From: Nemertoderma westbladi
Taxonomy: Eukaryota > Animalia > Xenacoelomorpha
DNA length: 64,000 bases
Direction: 5' to 3'
Assembly (NCBI GenBank): GCA_032718475.1
Contig: JAUCBJ010001007.1
Location: 7,674 to 71,673 of the forward strand
A program made the translations under genes and the position numbers. Shown here piece by piece: positions 45,851 through 59,218 of the stretch. The notes beneath the pieces were generated by a model. It was not told the origin of the DNA and made no database searches. It saw nothing but the letters and a program-made list of their open reading frames with translations. Position 1 is the stretch's first letter. Every line of letters begins with the position of its first letter.

Positions 45851-48361
45851 TATTATATACTCGTCTTGAAGGTCTCTCGTTTCCTGAGTGGTAGCGCCAG
45901 GCCCATTGGTGGTGACGCTGAACTGTGGAGTGCGCTCCTCACCCGCTACGAGGCGCACAGCTCCCGCCTCTGCGAGGCCGTCACCGGCTTGGCTCGACGC
46001 CTCGCCAACTTGGTGGTCCTGTGGGGGGAGATCCGGGCGCTCCGAGCGTGCCGCCTCGTCGCTTTAGACAAGGAACCCAGCATCCGGCCGATTGGGATTG
46101 GGGAAGTCCTCTACTGGCTCACCACTAACTGCCTCACCTCGGCCACTAAAATTGACTTTATAACAGAGTGTGTGGCAGACCAACTCTGTGCGGGAGTAAA
46201 GGCTGGTATTGAAGGCGCAGTCCACGCGATGTCGGCGATGTTCGAGCAGAACTCAACAGAATGTATGCTCCTCGTCGACGCTGCCAACGCCTTCAACAGC
46301 CTGAGTCGCCCTGTCGCCCCGTGGAAACCGCGTTCACTGGCACTGGTGCTCCCGGTACCTGTACAACGCGCATAACGGCCATGCAGCCCTCTACCTACAG
46401 GGGTCTAGCAAACCACTGTGGAGTAGGGAGGGATATACACAGGGCGACCCGGCGGCCATGCTGGGCTACGGCTGTTGGAATCTCCCCATGATCCGCTCAC
46501 TTAGGGAAGTCGGCAATACCCCTCCGACGCACCTTAGCGATCTGCCACCCTGCAACCCGCCACCCGCGGTTCCGACCACCCGGCATCCCGCCACCCGGCG
46601 TTCTGACACAAGGCGTCCTGCCACCCGGCAACCCCACCCCACCACCCGGCGACCCGTCACTCAGGGACCCGCCACCCTGCGACCCACCACCCTGCGACCC
46701 GCCACCCAGAAACCCGTCACCCAGAGACCCGCCACCCCAAGACCCGCCACCCAGCGATCCGGCACCCGGAAGTACCACCTGCTGGCAAAAGCAGTGCTGG
46801 TACGCGGATGACGCCTCATCAGCAGGGTCCGTCGCCGGAGTGTGGGAATGGAGGGAGGAGCTGTGCCACCGTGGACCCCGAGTTGGCTACAAACCCGAGT
46901 CCACGAAGAGCTACCTGGTTGTGAAACCAGAGTTTGAGAGGAGGGCGACGGAGGTGTTCGGGGATTACGGAGTCCGGATCGTATCCAGCCACCGTTTCCT
47001 CGGTGGTTACATGGGGGACTCCCGGGGACTGCGGGAGTTCATAGCGGAGAAGGTGGTGGGGTGGGTTACAAGTATCGCTCAGCTCTCCGAGGTGGCTGCG
47101 GAGTACCGACAGACTGCCCATACCGGTATGTCCCACTGCGTCCAGCGGAGTGGGACTACGTGCTTCGGGTGGTGGAGACTAGGGATGATGATCTGGCGCC
47201 GATCCGCACTGAACTGTTGCGTCGCTTCATCCCGGCCCTCTTTGGGACTTCCCCCGGAACTGTGAACGAGGAGCTGGTCCTCCTCCCTGGTTGCTGACCA
47301 CTCCGCCTGTCTCGCCTCCGCATTGGCTACTAGTCGCGTCGCCCAGGACGCTGCCTATAAGGCAGCGATGGAGTCCGCCGTCCAATCCGTCCCCTCCGAA
47401 AGGCGCCGTACTGTGGACCGTACGGTGTCCCACAAGGTGGGTGGGTGGCTGTCGGCGCAGCCCTCCGTGGTGGATAACACCGACCTGGCCCCGGAGGTGT
47501 TCCGCGACAACCTCGCACTGAGGTACGGCCTCACGCCGCCTGGCCTCCCGGTGAAGTGTGAGGGGTGTGGGGAGCCGTTTTCGATAACCCACGCCCTGAA
47601 CTGTAAGTCGGGTGGCCTGATCATAAAGTGGCACGATGAGGTCCGTGAGGTCTTTGGGGACCTCATCGCTTCTGCCTTTGGTGGTTCATGTGTACAGCCT
47701 GAAGTCACGCTGTGCACCGGCTACCTGGACAGAAGGGGCCGCGAGGTGGGGGGAGTTAGGGCTGATCTCCTGGCGAGGGGAGTCTGGACTGAGCAGAGGG
47801 TGGCGTCGTTCGATATCGCGATTGTAAACGCTGACGCCCCCTCATATGCTCACCGGTCCTTAGACTCTGTCCTCGAGCAGAGAGTCCGAGCCAAGAACGT
47901 GCACTACAGCGCAGTGTGCAAAGACAGAAGGTTCTCCTTCGCTCCCCTTGTCGGAACCACCGACGGGGTCTGGTGCAAGGAGACTGATATCTTCATCAGC
48001 CACCTCGCTGAGACCCTTGTGGCTCGGCAGCAGGGGATGCGGGAACGTGGCCTAGCCTGCGTTCTCGGGGGAGTTCGGAGGCGGCTTCAGTTCGCGCTCC
48101 TCCGCTCTAACTCCCTCTGTCTGCGTGGTGGCCGGCGTCCCTGGAGGGTGCTGGGCTTTGGAGATGGTGCGGGTCTGCGGGGGAATGACCCCGTAGACCG
48201 GTATTAATCCACGGTGCACCATTTTTAATTGTATGTTTAATTGGTTTGTCTTAATTGTATTGTTCTGATTGGTGGTGGGATGTTGGGTTGGTGCAGCTAT
48301 ATATTTAATTGTATATACAATTTTAATCTCTTAATTAATAAATAATAATGAATCCATTAAC
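45851..48361 (+). mobile_element. 5'-truncated, frameshifted CRE-clade non-LTR retrotransposon
   Basis: LVALDK..IRPIGIGE, QLCAGVKAGIEGAVH, VDAANAFN, QGDP, WYADD, RFLGG, C..CG..HALNC, RADL..FDI, K..HY. AT-rich tail; candidate 17-bp TSD TATAAAAATATATATTC (45834-45850, 48362-48378). Confidence 0.88.
46520..46770. repeat. ~15-bp minisatellite (CGACCCGCCACCCAG) inside the CRE RT
   Basis: About 15 degenerate units between the QGDP and WYADD motifs. Confidence 0.75.
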
Positions 48362-48441
48362 TATAAAAATATATATTCAGTAGAAAGATCTTAATTTGCA
48401 GTATGCAATGGTGATAAATTCCAAGCATGAGGACCCTTTAA

Positions 48442-49500
48442 CCCTATTATACCCGGGGGGGGGGGGGGGGGGAGTGAATATGACACGCCGTGGTTTTTTA
48501 GATATAACACTGAAGCAAACACAATGGGGAATCTGAAATTTTATGACTTTTCTTAAAAATCTATTGTCTTCTTAATAGTGGAAACGGTTTTCAAAAATAT
48601 TGGGAAGTTTTCAAGTTATAGCACCATTTTTTAACCCTACTTTTGGCACTTTTTTGAAGCGTTTTTGAAAATTACATTTTATGAAATATGATTTGTAACA
48701 TCTCTATTAATGATTTACACCGATTTCTTGGTGTTTACAATTAGATGGAGTTCATCTAAATGATTTTAGATAAAAGATATTTCAAACTTGTTTTTTCGGC
48801 GGGTGCCAATTTTGGTGCCAGCACCAAATTTTGAAATATGTCAATTTTGTAAATTGATTGTTTGAACATGTTTTTGAGCAATAGTAGTTTTTGAGGTTCT
48901 GGTTCCTATGGAAATTTGAATATCCATTCAATTGTTCAATTGCTTGTGGCAACTTATTTCTCTCGTTTTAGCGGTTTATGGCGGTTCTGAATTCAATAGA
49001 ATAAATAATTATCTAACAAGACATCTTAAGCTTGTATTTTTTTTCGGGGAGTGGGTGCAAAATTTGGTGCATCCATCAAATATATAAATTGATTGCGTCA
49101 CCGTGATTGCACATCGATTGGTTTCTTGCGTTATACGGGTTTATGAGGGTCCTGAATCCGATAGAATCAATAAAAACAGCACAGGACATCTCAAACTTGC
49201 AGCTTTTGTTGATGGGTTCGAAATTTGGTGCTAGCACTAAAATTTGCCAAATTTCGCCGACAAATACGAGTAGCAATGATCTGGCATATTAGAAATGTAT
49301 TCCATTAGAATCAGCGCCCCAGACAACCAAAAAATGTGAATTTACAGCATCGTATAAGTGAATAAATAATTTTCTTTTCAAACCGAAAAGAGCTGGTTAC
49401 TTGTTTTTTTCATTTTTTGCCTATTTAGAGGACTAAAACAGCCATTTTTTACTAATCAGATTATTTTTAAATCGGGGGATCGGTGAGATTTACACATTTC
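48442..49500 (+). mobile_element. piggyBac-like non-autonomous element fragment
   Basis: TTAA followed by CCCTATTATACCC at the left end; internal degenerate tandem units shared with 4455-4795; right end not found. Confidence 0.5.
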
Positions 49501-49649
49501 TGAAATGTACAAATGGAATTATTATAATATTAACATAATATTTAACAAGTAATCACTTGTCACTATTATCTATTATCTGTATCTATATCTATATGTATAT
49601 ATATCTATATCTATATGTATATATATCTATATCTAACTATTATCTGAAT

Positions 49650-51900
49650 TGTCACATGCTGCTTCTAATAAGCAGAGTTTATGAATAGGTCTTAGATATA
49701 TCCCGGTTGAGGTCTTGATATTCACAGATCTGACGATGATTCTGTATCAGGGAATGTTTCGATGACGACTCCCGTTTGCCATTTATGGTGAGGGTGGTCG
49801 TCATCGTGAACGAGGATCACATACCATACGACGTAAATTTCTTGCTAATTTCGTCCATTTAGAACGAACTGGTAACGATGTCAGATACAGAATCTATTAG
49901 ATAGTACCTGCACCGGCTTCCAGGTCTTACGACTATATATATCAGAATCATTTATGTCACCAATTGGGACATCAATTGCCCGATCCTGAAGCATAAGGCA
50001 ACGTGGTGTTATCACCATCTCCCCAGAGGCATCATCGGAGACAACACAGATTGGTCTACCATTGATGATTGATTCAACCTCAGTCAAAGTGGTGACAAGA
50101 ACGTCATCTCAAACTAAAGCTAGGCTTAAAATATTAAAGAGAACAGATTTACAGGACTGAACAAGGCGTTCATACACGCCCCCTTGTGAGGAGCAGCCAG
50201 CAGGGGTATTGAATTTCCATTCAACCCCTCTGGTTTTAAGGTCATTTTTTATTTGGTCGTGATTGTCTTCAATACTTTGTTGGAGTTCATTATTAGCTCC
50301 AACAAAGTTAGAGCCATTATCAGACAATATTTGTAATGGCGTGCCTCTACGTGAGATGATCCAACCATAAGCTCCACTTGTTTGAGATTGTCTCTGGTAC
50401 AGGATCATCCCACGCTAGCTTGGCTTGCCACATTTCACTGATGACGAGGCGACCCTGGAGAATGATAAGTGATATCCAACCAAGCGGGTGATAAATGGTT
50501 GCAATATTGGAAACTGCAATACGCTTTGTAAAAAATTAGACATCTTTATGATTGAATTTGAACATGAAGGAATCAGAAGTGGTATCCCAATGAATACCAA
50601 GAACTCTTGAGACATCAAGGTTGTCAAAATCTAAGTCGACCTTGGTTGGTTCGCGTTCGGATTCAGGAAAATTATTAATGAACTCACGTGAATTTGATGC
50701 GAATTTGATTAAATGAAATCCACCCTTGGACAAGCATTCTATAAGTCCATTAGCTGTTCCAAGAGCCTCTTTAACGTTGAATGAATAATGGAGGCAATCA
50801 TCGACATAGAAGCTAAAGGTAATGGCAAGGTGAATAAGTTGACTAAACATATGTTTATGATCCTCCCCGCACCTGCATAAGGTATTTGAAGCAACCGTAC
50901 TAGTACCAACGGCTCCAAAGATATGTGACAACATGGAGTATACTTGAATGGTATCTGAATTGTTGGGCTTCCAAAGAAATCGTAAGCTATCGGAATCAGA
51001 AGGTGGAACTTTGACTGTGTGATACATATATACTCTCAATATCAGATGTAAATGCAACAGAGCCAAAACGGAATCGTAACAGTACACCTATTAATGGTTT
51101 GATTAGATTTGGTCCTTCAGTTAGATTGTCTTTGAGACACATGCCTTTATAAGAAGCAGCACAATTATTGACAATTCTAATATTGTTAGGTTTGTTTACA
51201 TTTTGAACAAAATGATGTGGTAAGTAATATGTCTGAGCACTTTCAGATGCTGCTTCTTCAGGGGATAAAAGACGCACGTAACCCCATTTGATATATGTGA
51301 CTATGTTTTCCTGATATAAAGCGTAGATATCTGAACGATCTTTTAGACGATGAAGAAAGTACTAAAGATGTTTCATTGCCAAAGGCTTGTTGTTTATTAA
51401 AGTAGGTGGTGGATTTTTCCACATCATTCCTGCTTCATATCGACCCTCTATCTATTTTGTTGTTTTTTGTAGCATTTCGAATGCGGCGCTGCTATCATGA
51501 GATGGAACATTCTCCTCATCTCCCGGATGTGAATGCAAGCAATTTTTAATATCTGAAAGCCCGATGGAGAGCTCTAAGTTTAGTAATTGCTGAAAACATT
51601 GATTTATTTCGGAAGTTTCGAGAATATCTATGCGATTAACAGATTCTACATAGGAAGATTCCTGATAAATCGACAGCTTGCAAATCTATAGGGCCAATAA
51701 GGGATCAACCAAATGGTGTCCTTACGGCAGACGGTTGGTTGCTTGGATCTGGAGCCATAATGTACTGCATATTGTGCTTGCGGGTGGTTTATTCCTAGTA
51801 ATGCTGAGACCATGGGGATGTCAACAATTGGAGTGGTGAGAAGGTCACTAGATATGTTCCAAAGATGACTATATTCCTTAATTGCTACTTGTTTAATATC
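49650..51900 (-). pseudogene. pol: Decayed Bel/Pao pol relic (third family) with internal deletion
   Basis: YYLPHHFV..IRIV..GPNL, FTSDIE, LRFLW, FYVDDCL, VLGIHWD, then SDNGSNFVGA, GGVYERLV, ESIINGRP; many stops and frameshifts. Confidence 0.85.
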
Positions 51901-51989
51901 TTGTGTATAAGCCTGTTGGAATTCAGAAATGCCGATTGATTCCGATTCGGATCCGGATCCGGATTGAAATGCCGATTCGGTTATATCCG

Positions 51990-53415
51990 GTTATACCACT
52001 TCCACCTCTAACAGTCCCCTTATACCACTTCCACGTCCAATAGTCCCCCTTATACCACTTCCACCTCTAACAGTCCCCTTATATCACTTCCACGTCCAAT
52101 AGTCCCCCTTATACCACTCCCACCTCTAACAGTCCCCTTATACCACTTCCACGTCCAATAGTCCCCCTTATACCACTCCCACCTCTAACAGTCCCCTTAT
52201 ACCACTTCCACGTCCAATAGTACCCCTTATACCACTTCCACGTCCAATAGTCCCCCTTATACCACTTCCACCTCTAACAGTCCCCATATACCACTTCCAC
52301 GTCCAATAGTCCCCCTTATACCACTTCCATGTCCAATAGTCCCCCTTATACCACTTCCACCTCTAACAGTCCCCTTATACCACTTCCACGTCCAATAGTC
52401 CCCCTTATACCACTTCCACGTCCAATAGTCCCCCTTATACCACTTCCACCTTTAACAGTCCCCTTATACCACTTCCACATCCAATAGTCCCCCCTTATAC
52501 CACTTCAAACAGTCCCCCTTATGCCACTTCCACGTCCAATAGTCCCCCCTATACCACTTCTAAAAGTCCCCTTATACCACTTCCACGTCCAATAGTCCCA
52601 CTTTATACCACTTCCACATCCAACATTCCCTATTATAGCACTTAAACCTCCAATAATCCCCCTAATACCACTTGCACCTCCAACAGTCCCCCTTATACCA
52701 CTTCCACGTCCAACAGTCCACCTTATAGCACTTCAACCACCAATAGCCCCCCCCCCCCCCCCCCTTATTCCACTTCCTTGTCTAACAGTCCCCCTTATAC
52801 CACTTCCACGTCCAATAGTCCCCCTTTATACCACTTCCACATCCAACATTCCCTATTATAGCACTTAAACCTCCAATAATCCCCCTAATACCACTTGCAC
52901 CTCCAACAGTCCCCCTTATACCACTTCCACGTCCAACAGTCCACCTTATAGCACTTCAACCACCAATAGCCCCCCCCCCCCCTTATTCCACTTCCTTGTC
53001 TAACAGTCCCCCTTATACCACTTCCACGTCCAATAGTCCCCCTTTATACCACTTCCACATCCAACATTCCCTATTATAGCACTTAAACCTCCAATAATCC
53101 CCCTAATACCACTTGCACCTCCAACAGTCCCCCTTATACCACTTCCACGTCCAACAGTCCACCTTATAGCACTTCAACCACCAATAGCCCCCCCCCCCCC
53201 CCCCCTTATTCCACTTCCTTGTCTAACAGTCCCCCTTATACCACTTCCACCTCGAACAGTCCCCCTTATACCCCTTCCACGTCCAACAATGCCCCTCATA
53301 CCACTTTCACGTCCAACAGTACCCCTTATACCACTTCCACGTCCACCGATGGCCCTTATACCACTTCCACCTCCAACATTTCACCTTATACCACTTCCTC
53401 CTCCAACAGTTACTT
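51990..53415. repeat. 30-bp satellite (same family as 15241-16859) with higher-order repeats
   Basis: 29/30-bp alternating dimers at 52.0-52.5 kb; a ~235-bp higher-order unit ending in poly-C repeated three times (52.56-53.23 kb). Confidence 0.95.
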
Positions 53416-53444
53416 TACGTCTACACATAGCAGCTACAATTTTT

Positions 53445-54410
53445 AGAATTAGAATCGGTAATAAATAACTCCGCAAGAAATTCGTTCCGGCGAGCCATCA
53501 ACAACAGCAACACAAGCGAGGGCTACACACGGAGTATCCAGAAAATCAAGGACGTCTTACTACAGAACGAGTTTCCAGCGAGAGTCATTAAAAAACTGTT
53601 AGTATCAGTTGAGAAACCACGGCGCAAATCACAACGACCTAAAGCTACACAAGTTCAGAAGCTCCCAATCAGGCTTCCATACATTAACGAAACGATAACT
53701 CGAGAAATTAGCAAAGTCATCAATGGAAGCACATTGAAAGAAATCACCCACGCAGCTTACACACCAGGCACAAAACTCAAACAGAAATTAATAAGATCAG
53801 CCCTTCACCCACCCAAATGCCCAGCACCGCCACATGCCCCCTGTTACACGTGCAGCATCAACATACCAAACTGTACAATCCGAAACGTCGTCTATGAGTT
53901 AGAGTGTCCCCTTTGCCAATCCAGATACGTGGGCGAGACGTACCACCAACTAAGAATAAGACTCCGGCAACACTACAACAGCTTCAGGAGGGAAGTCGAT
54001 GATAGCATAATTCTAGAACACTACCGCATGTTCCACCCAGAAATCGACCACAAGAACGTAAAACAACCACTATTAGGCAAAGTGCTTCGAAAGTGCAGAG
54101 ATTGGGCAAACCGCAAAATAACTGAAAAACTAATAATAAAAACAACAACACCCAGCATCAACACACATCACATCAACAACTTTGACACTGGATGGTAGAC
54201 TCAATGTTCCTTTATCATATCCAATTTAGTCCGATATTTACATATATTTATATTTAAATTTATGGTTCAAAATTCCCGCCAGTTTCTCGTAATACTGTTT
54301 ATACTGTTTATCCCTTATACCGGTAATAGACAGTAATCACACCGTTTATATTTATTTATTTTGTGCTCGTAAAAGACCTGTTGGTTCAAAATTTGCACAC
54401 AGCTTAATTT
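53445..54410 (+). mobile_element. Penelope-like element 3' fragment (RT thumb + GIY-YIG endonuclease)
   Basis: Upstream in-frame DVLLQNEFPARVIKK and RLPYINE; C..C..C linker; NVVYELECPLCQSRYVGET..LRIRLRQH; RKITEKLII..PSIN. Confidence 0.85.
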
Positions 54411-55559
54411 GTTATTAATTTGTCACCGCGAGTTTGGTCGTTCCTACATCTCTTCTTAACAATCAATGTAATCGAGAGAAAGTTAATTTAAAATTACTAT
54501 TTTCAAGTGGACACATTTGTTTAAAAATCCGTGACCAAAGTTTGTGTTTCATTATAGCAGTCGTTAATATTAATCAGTCAACGTCACTAGTTCAACCCAT
54601 TGCATTCACCAGTTACTAAGCTTTTGAACGCGCTATTACATATTTATAGCAGTATTCATAGAACTTGAGTCACACTCAGGAACATGAAGTCAACTCTCGT
54701 TTTGGACACGCTAAAATTGTGATATTTTTGGGGATTAACTGTCACAATATTTTCATAACTTAACGTAATAATATATTTTTACTATCACTAGAATCACCTT
54801 GAAAGCAGCTTTAAAACTGATATATACATTTAATATGTTACAACTAGGCTTACAAATGTGGGCTACATTCTGGACGGTGGTCTTGGCCACTTTTTTATGT
54901 TTTGGGCCTTAACATACTCGACATACTTCAACTGCATCCATGTGTGAATATCCCGGTTGGTTAGTATATTAACTGTCACAATAATTTCATAACTTAAAGT
55001 AATACAGTAATATATTTTTATTGTAACATTGTAACATTACTCAACGCCGTTAGTAATAACAGCGAGTTGTTATTTAGCACTTTACAACTTTAGAGGACAT
55101 TACAGCAATTTATTGGCCTGTACATTTAGTATTGTATTCGGTGTTGTAATGTCCCTTGTTTACTATGTGGTAACCAATGACAGCGAGCTGTAAAGTTACG
55201 GCCTCATTGGTTACCACGTAAACAATAGGTGGTATTTTATTATTATTGCCTGACAGCCAGATAGGCCTACTGCATTACCTACCGTAGCTATTAATAACCA
55301 GTAGCTATAAACTATTAACATGGCTCCAAACGCCACCATAAATATAAGCTATCTTTTTTATAACGTAATTTATGTTGTTGCCGTCAGTTCCTGAACAGGG
55401 AATGGACGCCGATGTAAGATTCCGGGGGTTGCGCTAGATCCCGAAATACTATTCACCGGAATTATTGGTGTTGGGGAAACTCAGGATTTGTAATGCACTA
55501 ACTGATTCCTTATAGACGAACTGATTCTAAATAATTTTGGGCTCCCATACACCAAATAA

Positions 55560-56930
55560 TTAGAATAAACACATACATCAGTAATAAACCTACAGTACAA
55601 ACAATTTATTTAGTATTTACTTTATAAGATGACAGACTTACTTTATATGATTTTAACCACCCCAACTACGTTTGATACCCATGTCTAGTCGGTGTCTGTA
55701 ATGTCTGGTGAGGGGCTGCAGCTTCCGTTACATTCCGAGTCCTTTTCAGGCTCGTAATAGCTCTGTCGACTGCAGTCCACTCTGTCCATCAGTGTCGGGT
55801 GAGGATAGACAGCTTCCGTTACGTTCCGAGTCCTTTTCAGGCTTGTAATAGCTCCATCAGCGACCTGTCGCTCCATCCATTAATATCCGTAGTGTCTGGT
55901 GAGAGGATGCAGTTTTCCGTTACGTTCCGAGTCCTTTTCAGACTCGTAATAGCTCCGTAGACTGCAAACCACTCCATCCGTCGATGTCTGGCGGTCAAGC
56001 GAGGAAGTATGGTTTTCCGTCACGTTCCAAGTCCTTTTCAGGCTCGTAATAGCTCCGTAGACCATAATCCTCTCTGTAAGTCACAGGACGTCAGCGCGAG
56101 CAGAGAAGAGCGATTTCCGTTGCGTTCCGAGTCCTTTTCAGGCTCGTAATAACTCAGCAGAAAACAAACTTCACTCCATCAGTGTCGGTCCTTTGCGGAG
56201 CACTATACCGATTGGTTCCGATTCCTTTTCAGGCTCATACTACGCACAGCGAACTAGCGCACCACACAGGCGGTCCTAAGTCCGGTTCCCTTCCCGCTGT
56301 GTGGCCTCCTGGTCTGTTTGTTTCCCAGTCCTTTTCAGGCTCGTACAACGCACAGTAAAAGAACCCACTGGGGAAATAATAAGGCTCGTAATAACTCCAT
56401 AGATTACAAACCCCGCTCTATCAGTGTCGGTCCTTTGTGGAGCACTCTGCCAATTGGTTCCAAGTCATACTATGCACAGCGAACTAGCATACCACGCAGG
56501 CGGTCCAAAGTCCAGTTCCATTCCCACTGTGTGGCCTCCTGGTCTGTTTGTTTCCAAGTCCTTTTCAGGCTCGTACAACGCACAGTAAAAGAACACTGGG
56601 GAAATCCGAGAAGTTCAGACCAAATTCCTGCTGCGCTCTAGGCTCAGGCTAGGCTAGGCTGTCAGGATCTCTACCTGATGCCAAGTACTCTTGATTCCTT
56701 GAACATCAGGGCCACCTTTTAACTTTGGAAAGCCGATAATTTAGTAGTCAGCCTTCCCGGAAAACAGCCTGTAATCGAATAATTTTGGGTTTTATGACTT
56801 CTAGTTTTTTGCCCACCATGCCCGGGTATATTTGGAATTTTCGTTTGGGATGAGTTTGTAATTTCGGTGGGTACCCGGGGACAGAATGAAAATAACGCAA
56901 ACATATGTCATTTTTAAATTTAATTATACA
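55560..56930 (+). repeat. Array of a conserved ~40-bp core with more variable spacers, within a dispersed repeat
   Basis: Core TTCCGTTACGTTCCGAGTCCTTTTCAGGCTCGTAATAGCTC at roughly 90-110-bp spacing, about eight copies from 55723 to 56580. Confidence 0.8.
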
Positions 56931-59218
56931 CCAACTAATTTAATTTGTGCAGTTTTTCTATCACTTATAATATATATACAATCATTCCGTAATGTTGCAA
57001 TTTTAGAGTAAAACTACATACATACTTGTTGCATGCAAAGTACTTCACAGTGTTCTGATCCACGTGGCTTTATTGTCACTCACTCACTCAAAGCATTCGG
57101 ATCCTCACACTGTAAAGTGCTATTTTACACACAAGTATGTAAATAGTTATTACTACCACTAGAATAACCTTGAAAGAAGCTTTAAACTGATATATACATT
57201 TCATATATTACAACTAGGCTTACAAATGTGGGCTACATTCTCTGGCTCTGGGCGGTGGTCTTGGCCACTTTTTTATGTTTTGGGCCATACTCGACATACT
57301 TCAACTGTCTCGTGCTGATATCTAACAACAATTATATGCCGGTTAGACCGGATGTGCGCCTTTGTGCGCCTATCAATCAATCAATCAACTGCGTCCATGT
57401 GTCAATATCCCGTGTACATATCTAAGTCATTATTGTTACCATAGCAACGGGCATATTAGCTTAATTAGGTAGTAGCTTTTACTATTTGTCTTATATTTAT
57501 ATTAGAAGTAAATCATTTAAGAATTGCTTTAATTATGTGTGGGTTCCACTATACCTATTAATATTTTTTAACTTTATTATTGGTGTTATGGGTGAATGAG
57601 TGGTTTCATCTTTGTGGCCGTGATGGTTCATGGTTAATATACATTCACTACCCTTTCATTATAGCGAGTGGTCAAAGACGGCCAAGTACTGTAGGGTTGA
57701 GCACTGTGGCAGCATATGATGGTATTGACAGATGGGAGGCCATGAGGTCATTGCCCACTTTGCAAAAAGCTGTGCCCAACAAAAAGTTCTAATAATATTT
57801 TTAACACAGTCATGATTTATGACCATAGCAAAGGGAGTTTTCTTTCTCTAGCTTCAGAAGACTATTCAACTGTCCAAGTTTTCGTTCAAGTTACACTCAA
57901 AATAATGTATATACATCAATAATGTATATCACATGAATGACCTTTATTATGTTCCCTAAGAGTTAATGAACAGAAGGCGGTACATAATTATTGACCTTTC
58001 AATAAGTTCACTATATTATTAGAAGACCGTTAGGACTTCACTATCTATCTATGTATGTATGTATATCGGGTGAACTCCTCCGAAGCTATATAACTCGTCT
58101 GTCAATGAAAGTTATATCAATCGACGCAGCTCAACCCCAGGATGTGGAAAAAAAGTTTCGAAAGAATTATTCAAGTGTCTTATTTTATTTCGAAAAATAG
58201 CCCCATAACACGAAAATAACCATAGACTCAATGATAGAAACACCAGGTGCTGGTGCTCATGAGGGCCTAGTAAGCTACTACTATTGAATGAATGGATAGG
58301 CCCAAACTGCAGAAAAGTATAATAATTGCCAAATTTATTACTCTCTCACTCTATCCCAGACAAGTAATCAAATATTAACTGTTAGATTGTAATGTATTGT
58401 ATTATCCCGCCAGCTGAATAGTTCTTCCCAGTGTGCCAACTAATATTATATTATTGTAGAATACTACTAGGCCTACACAAGTTTGTAATGTAGTATCCCG
58501 CCAGCTGAATAGCTCTTCCCAGTGTGCCAGCTAATAGTATTATTATTGTATTATTATAGTAGGCTATACATGATATTATAGCTCTAGCCAATCCGAGAGC
58601 TAAATGCCACAACACTTTTTTTCTTTATCATCACCATCACCATGTTGTCAAAAAATCTGCGGAAAAATGGAGACAGGAGTCCAATTGTGTGAGGAGTGCA
58701 ACAAGGTAATAAATAATATCCTAATATAATAGCAGCAATGTGAAATGTTTAAATTACTAGACTATTGTTGCTATCATTGTATATTTATTGTCTTTACTAC
58801 TTTTATGGAAGTTAATAAAGGTAACAAAGTACCTAGAATTTGGTATATTTTTACAAACTATTTGAAGGTGATCTACATTACTACATTTTCATATATATTC
58901 CGTTCTTGGAGGTTAGTATACTTTTACTCTTGCATTCATCGTTTCCATTTATTATGTTCAAATAAAAAGGAGGAAGAGAGAATAGAAAGAATAACGACAA
59001 CAATCAGTTCACATTGCTTCTCATGTTTAACTTCATGAATTTTAATGTACTAATGTATGTAGCTTCACTCTTTCGAAATTCCTAAATACGCACTGCCTCA
59101 CGTTCCCTTTCTTAGGGTCAATTTGTGATCTTTTGTGTAGGTATCCCGGAAATTGTGTTCCAGAATATTGACATAAATAATAGTAAAAATGAAAACGATT
59201 AAATTAATTAGATTTGAT

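Noticed and set aside
54360-54400. Possible hammerhead ribozyme at the Penelope 3' end
   Set aside because: Small stems are present, but the CUGANGA and GAAA core boxes are not intact.
55723-56580. True CRISPR array
   Set aside because: Eukaryotic context, no cas genes, spacers related to each other, paralogous copy in a dispersed repeat; kept only as an unusual repeat.
54750-57420. Duplicated ~250-bp segments (~54780-54960, ~57150-57420) as LTRs around the core array
   Set aside because: No TG...CA ends, PBS/PPT or coding remnants; more likely fragments of a DNA-transposon-derived repeat.
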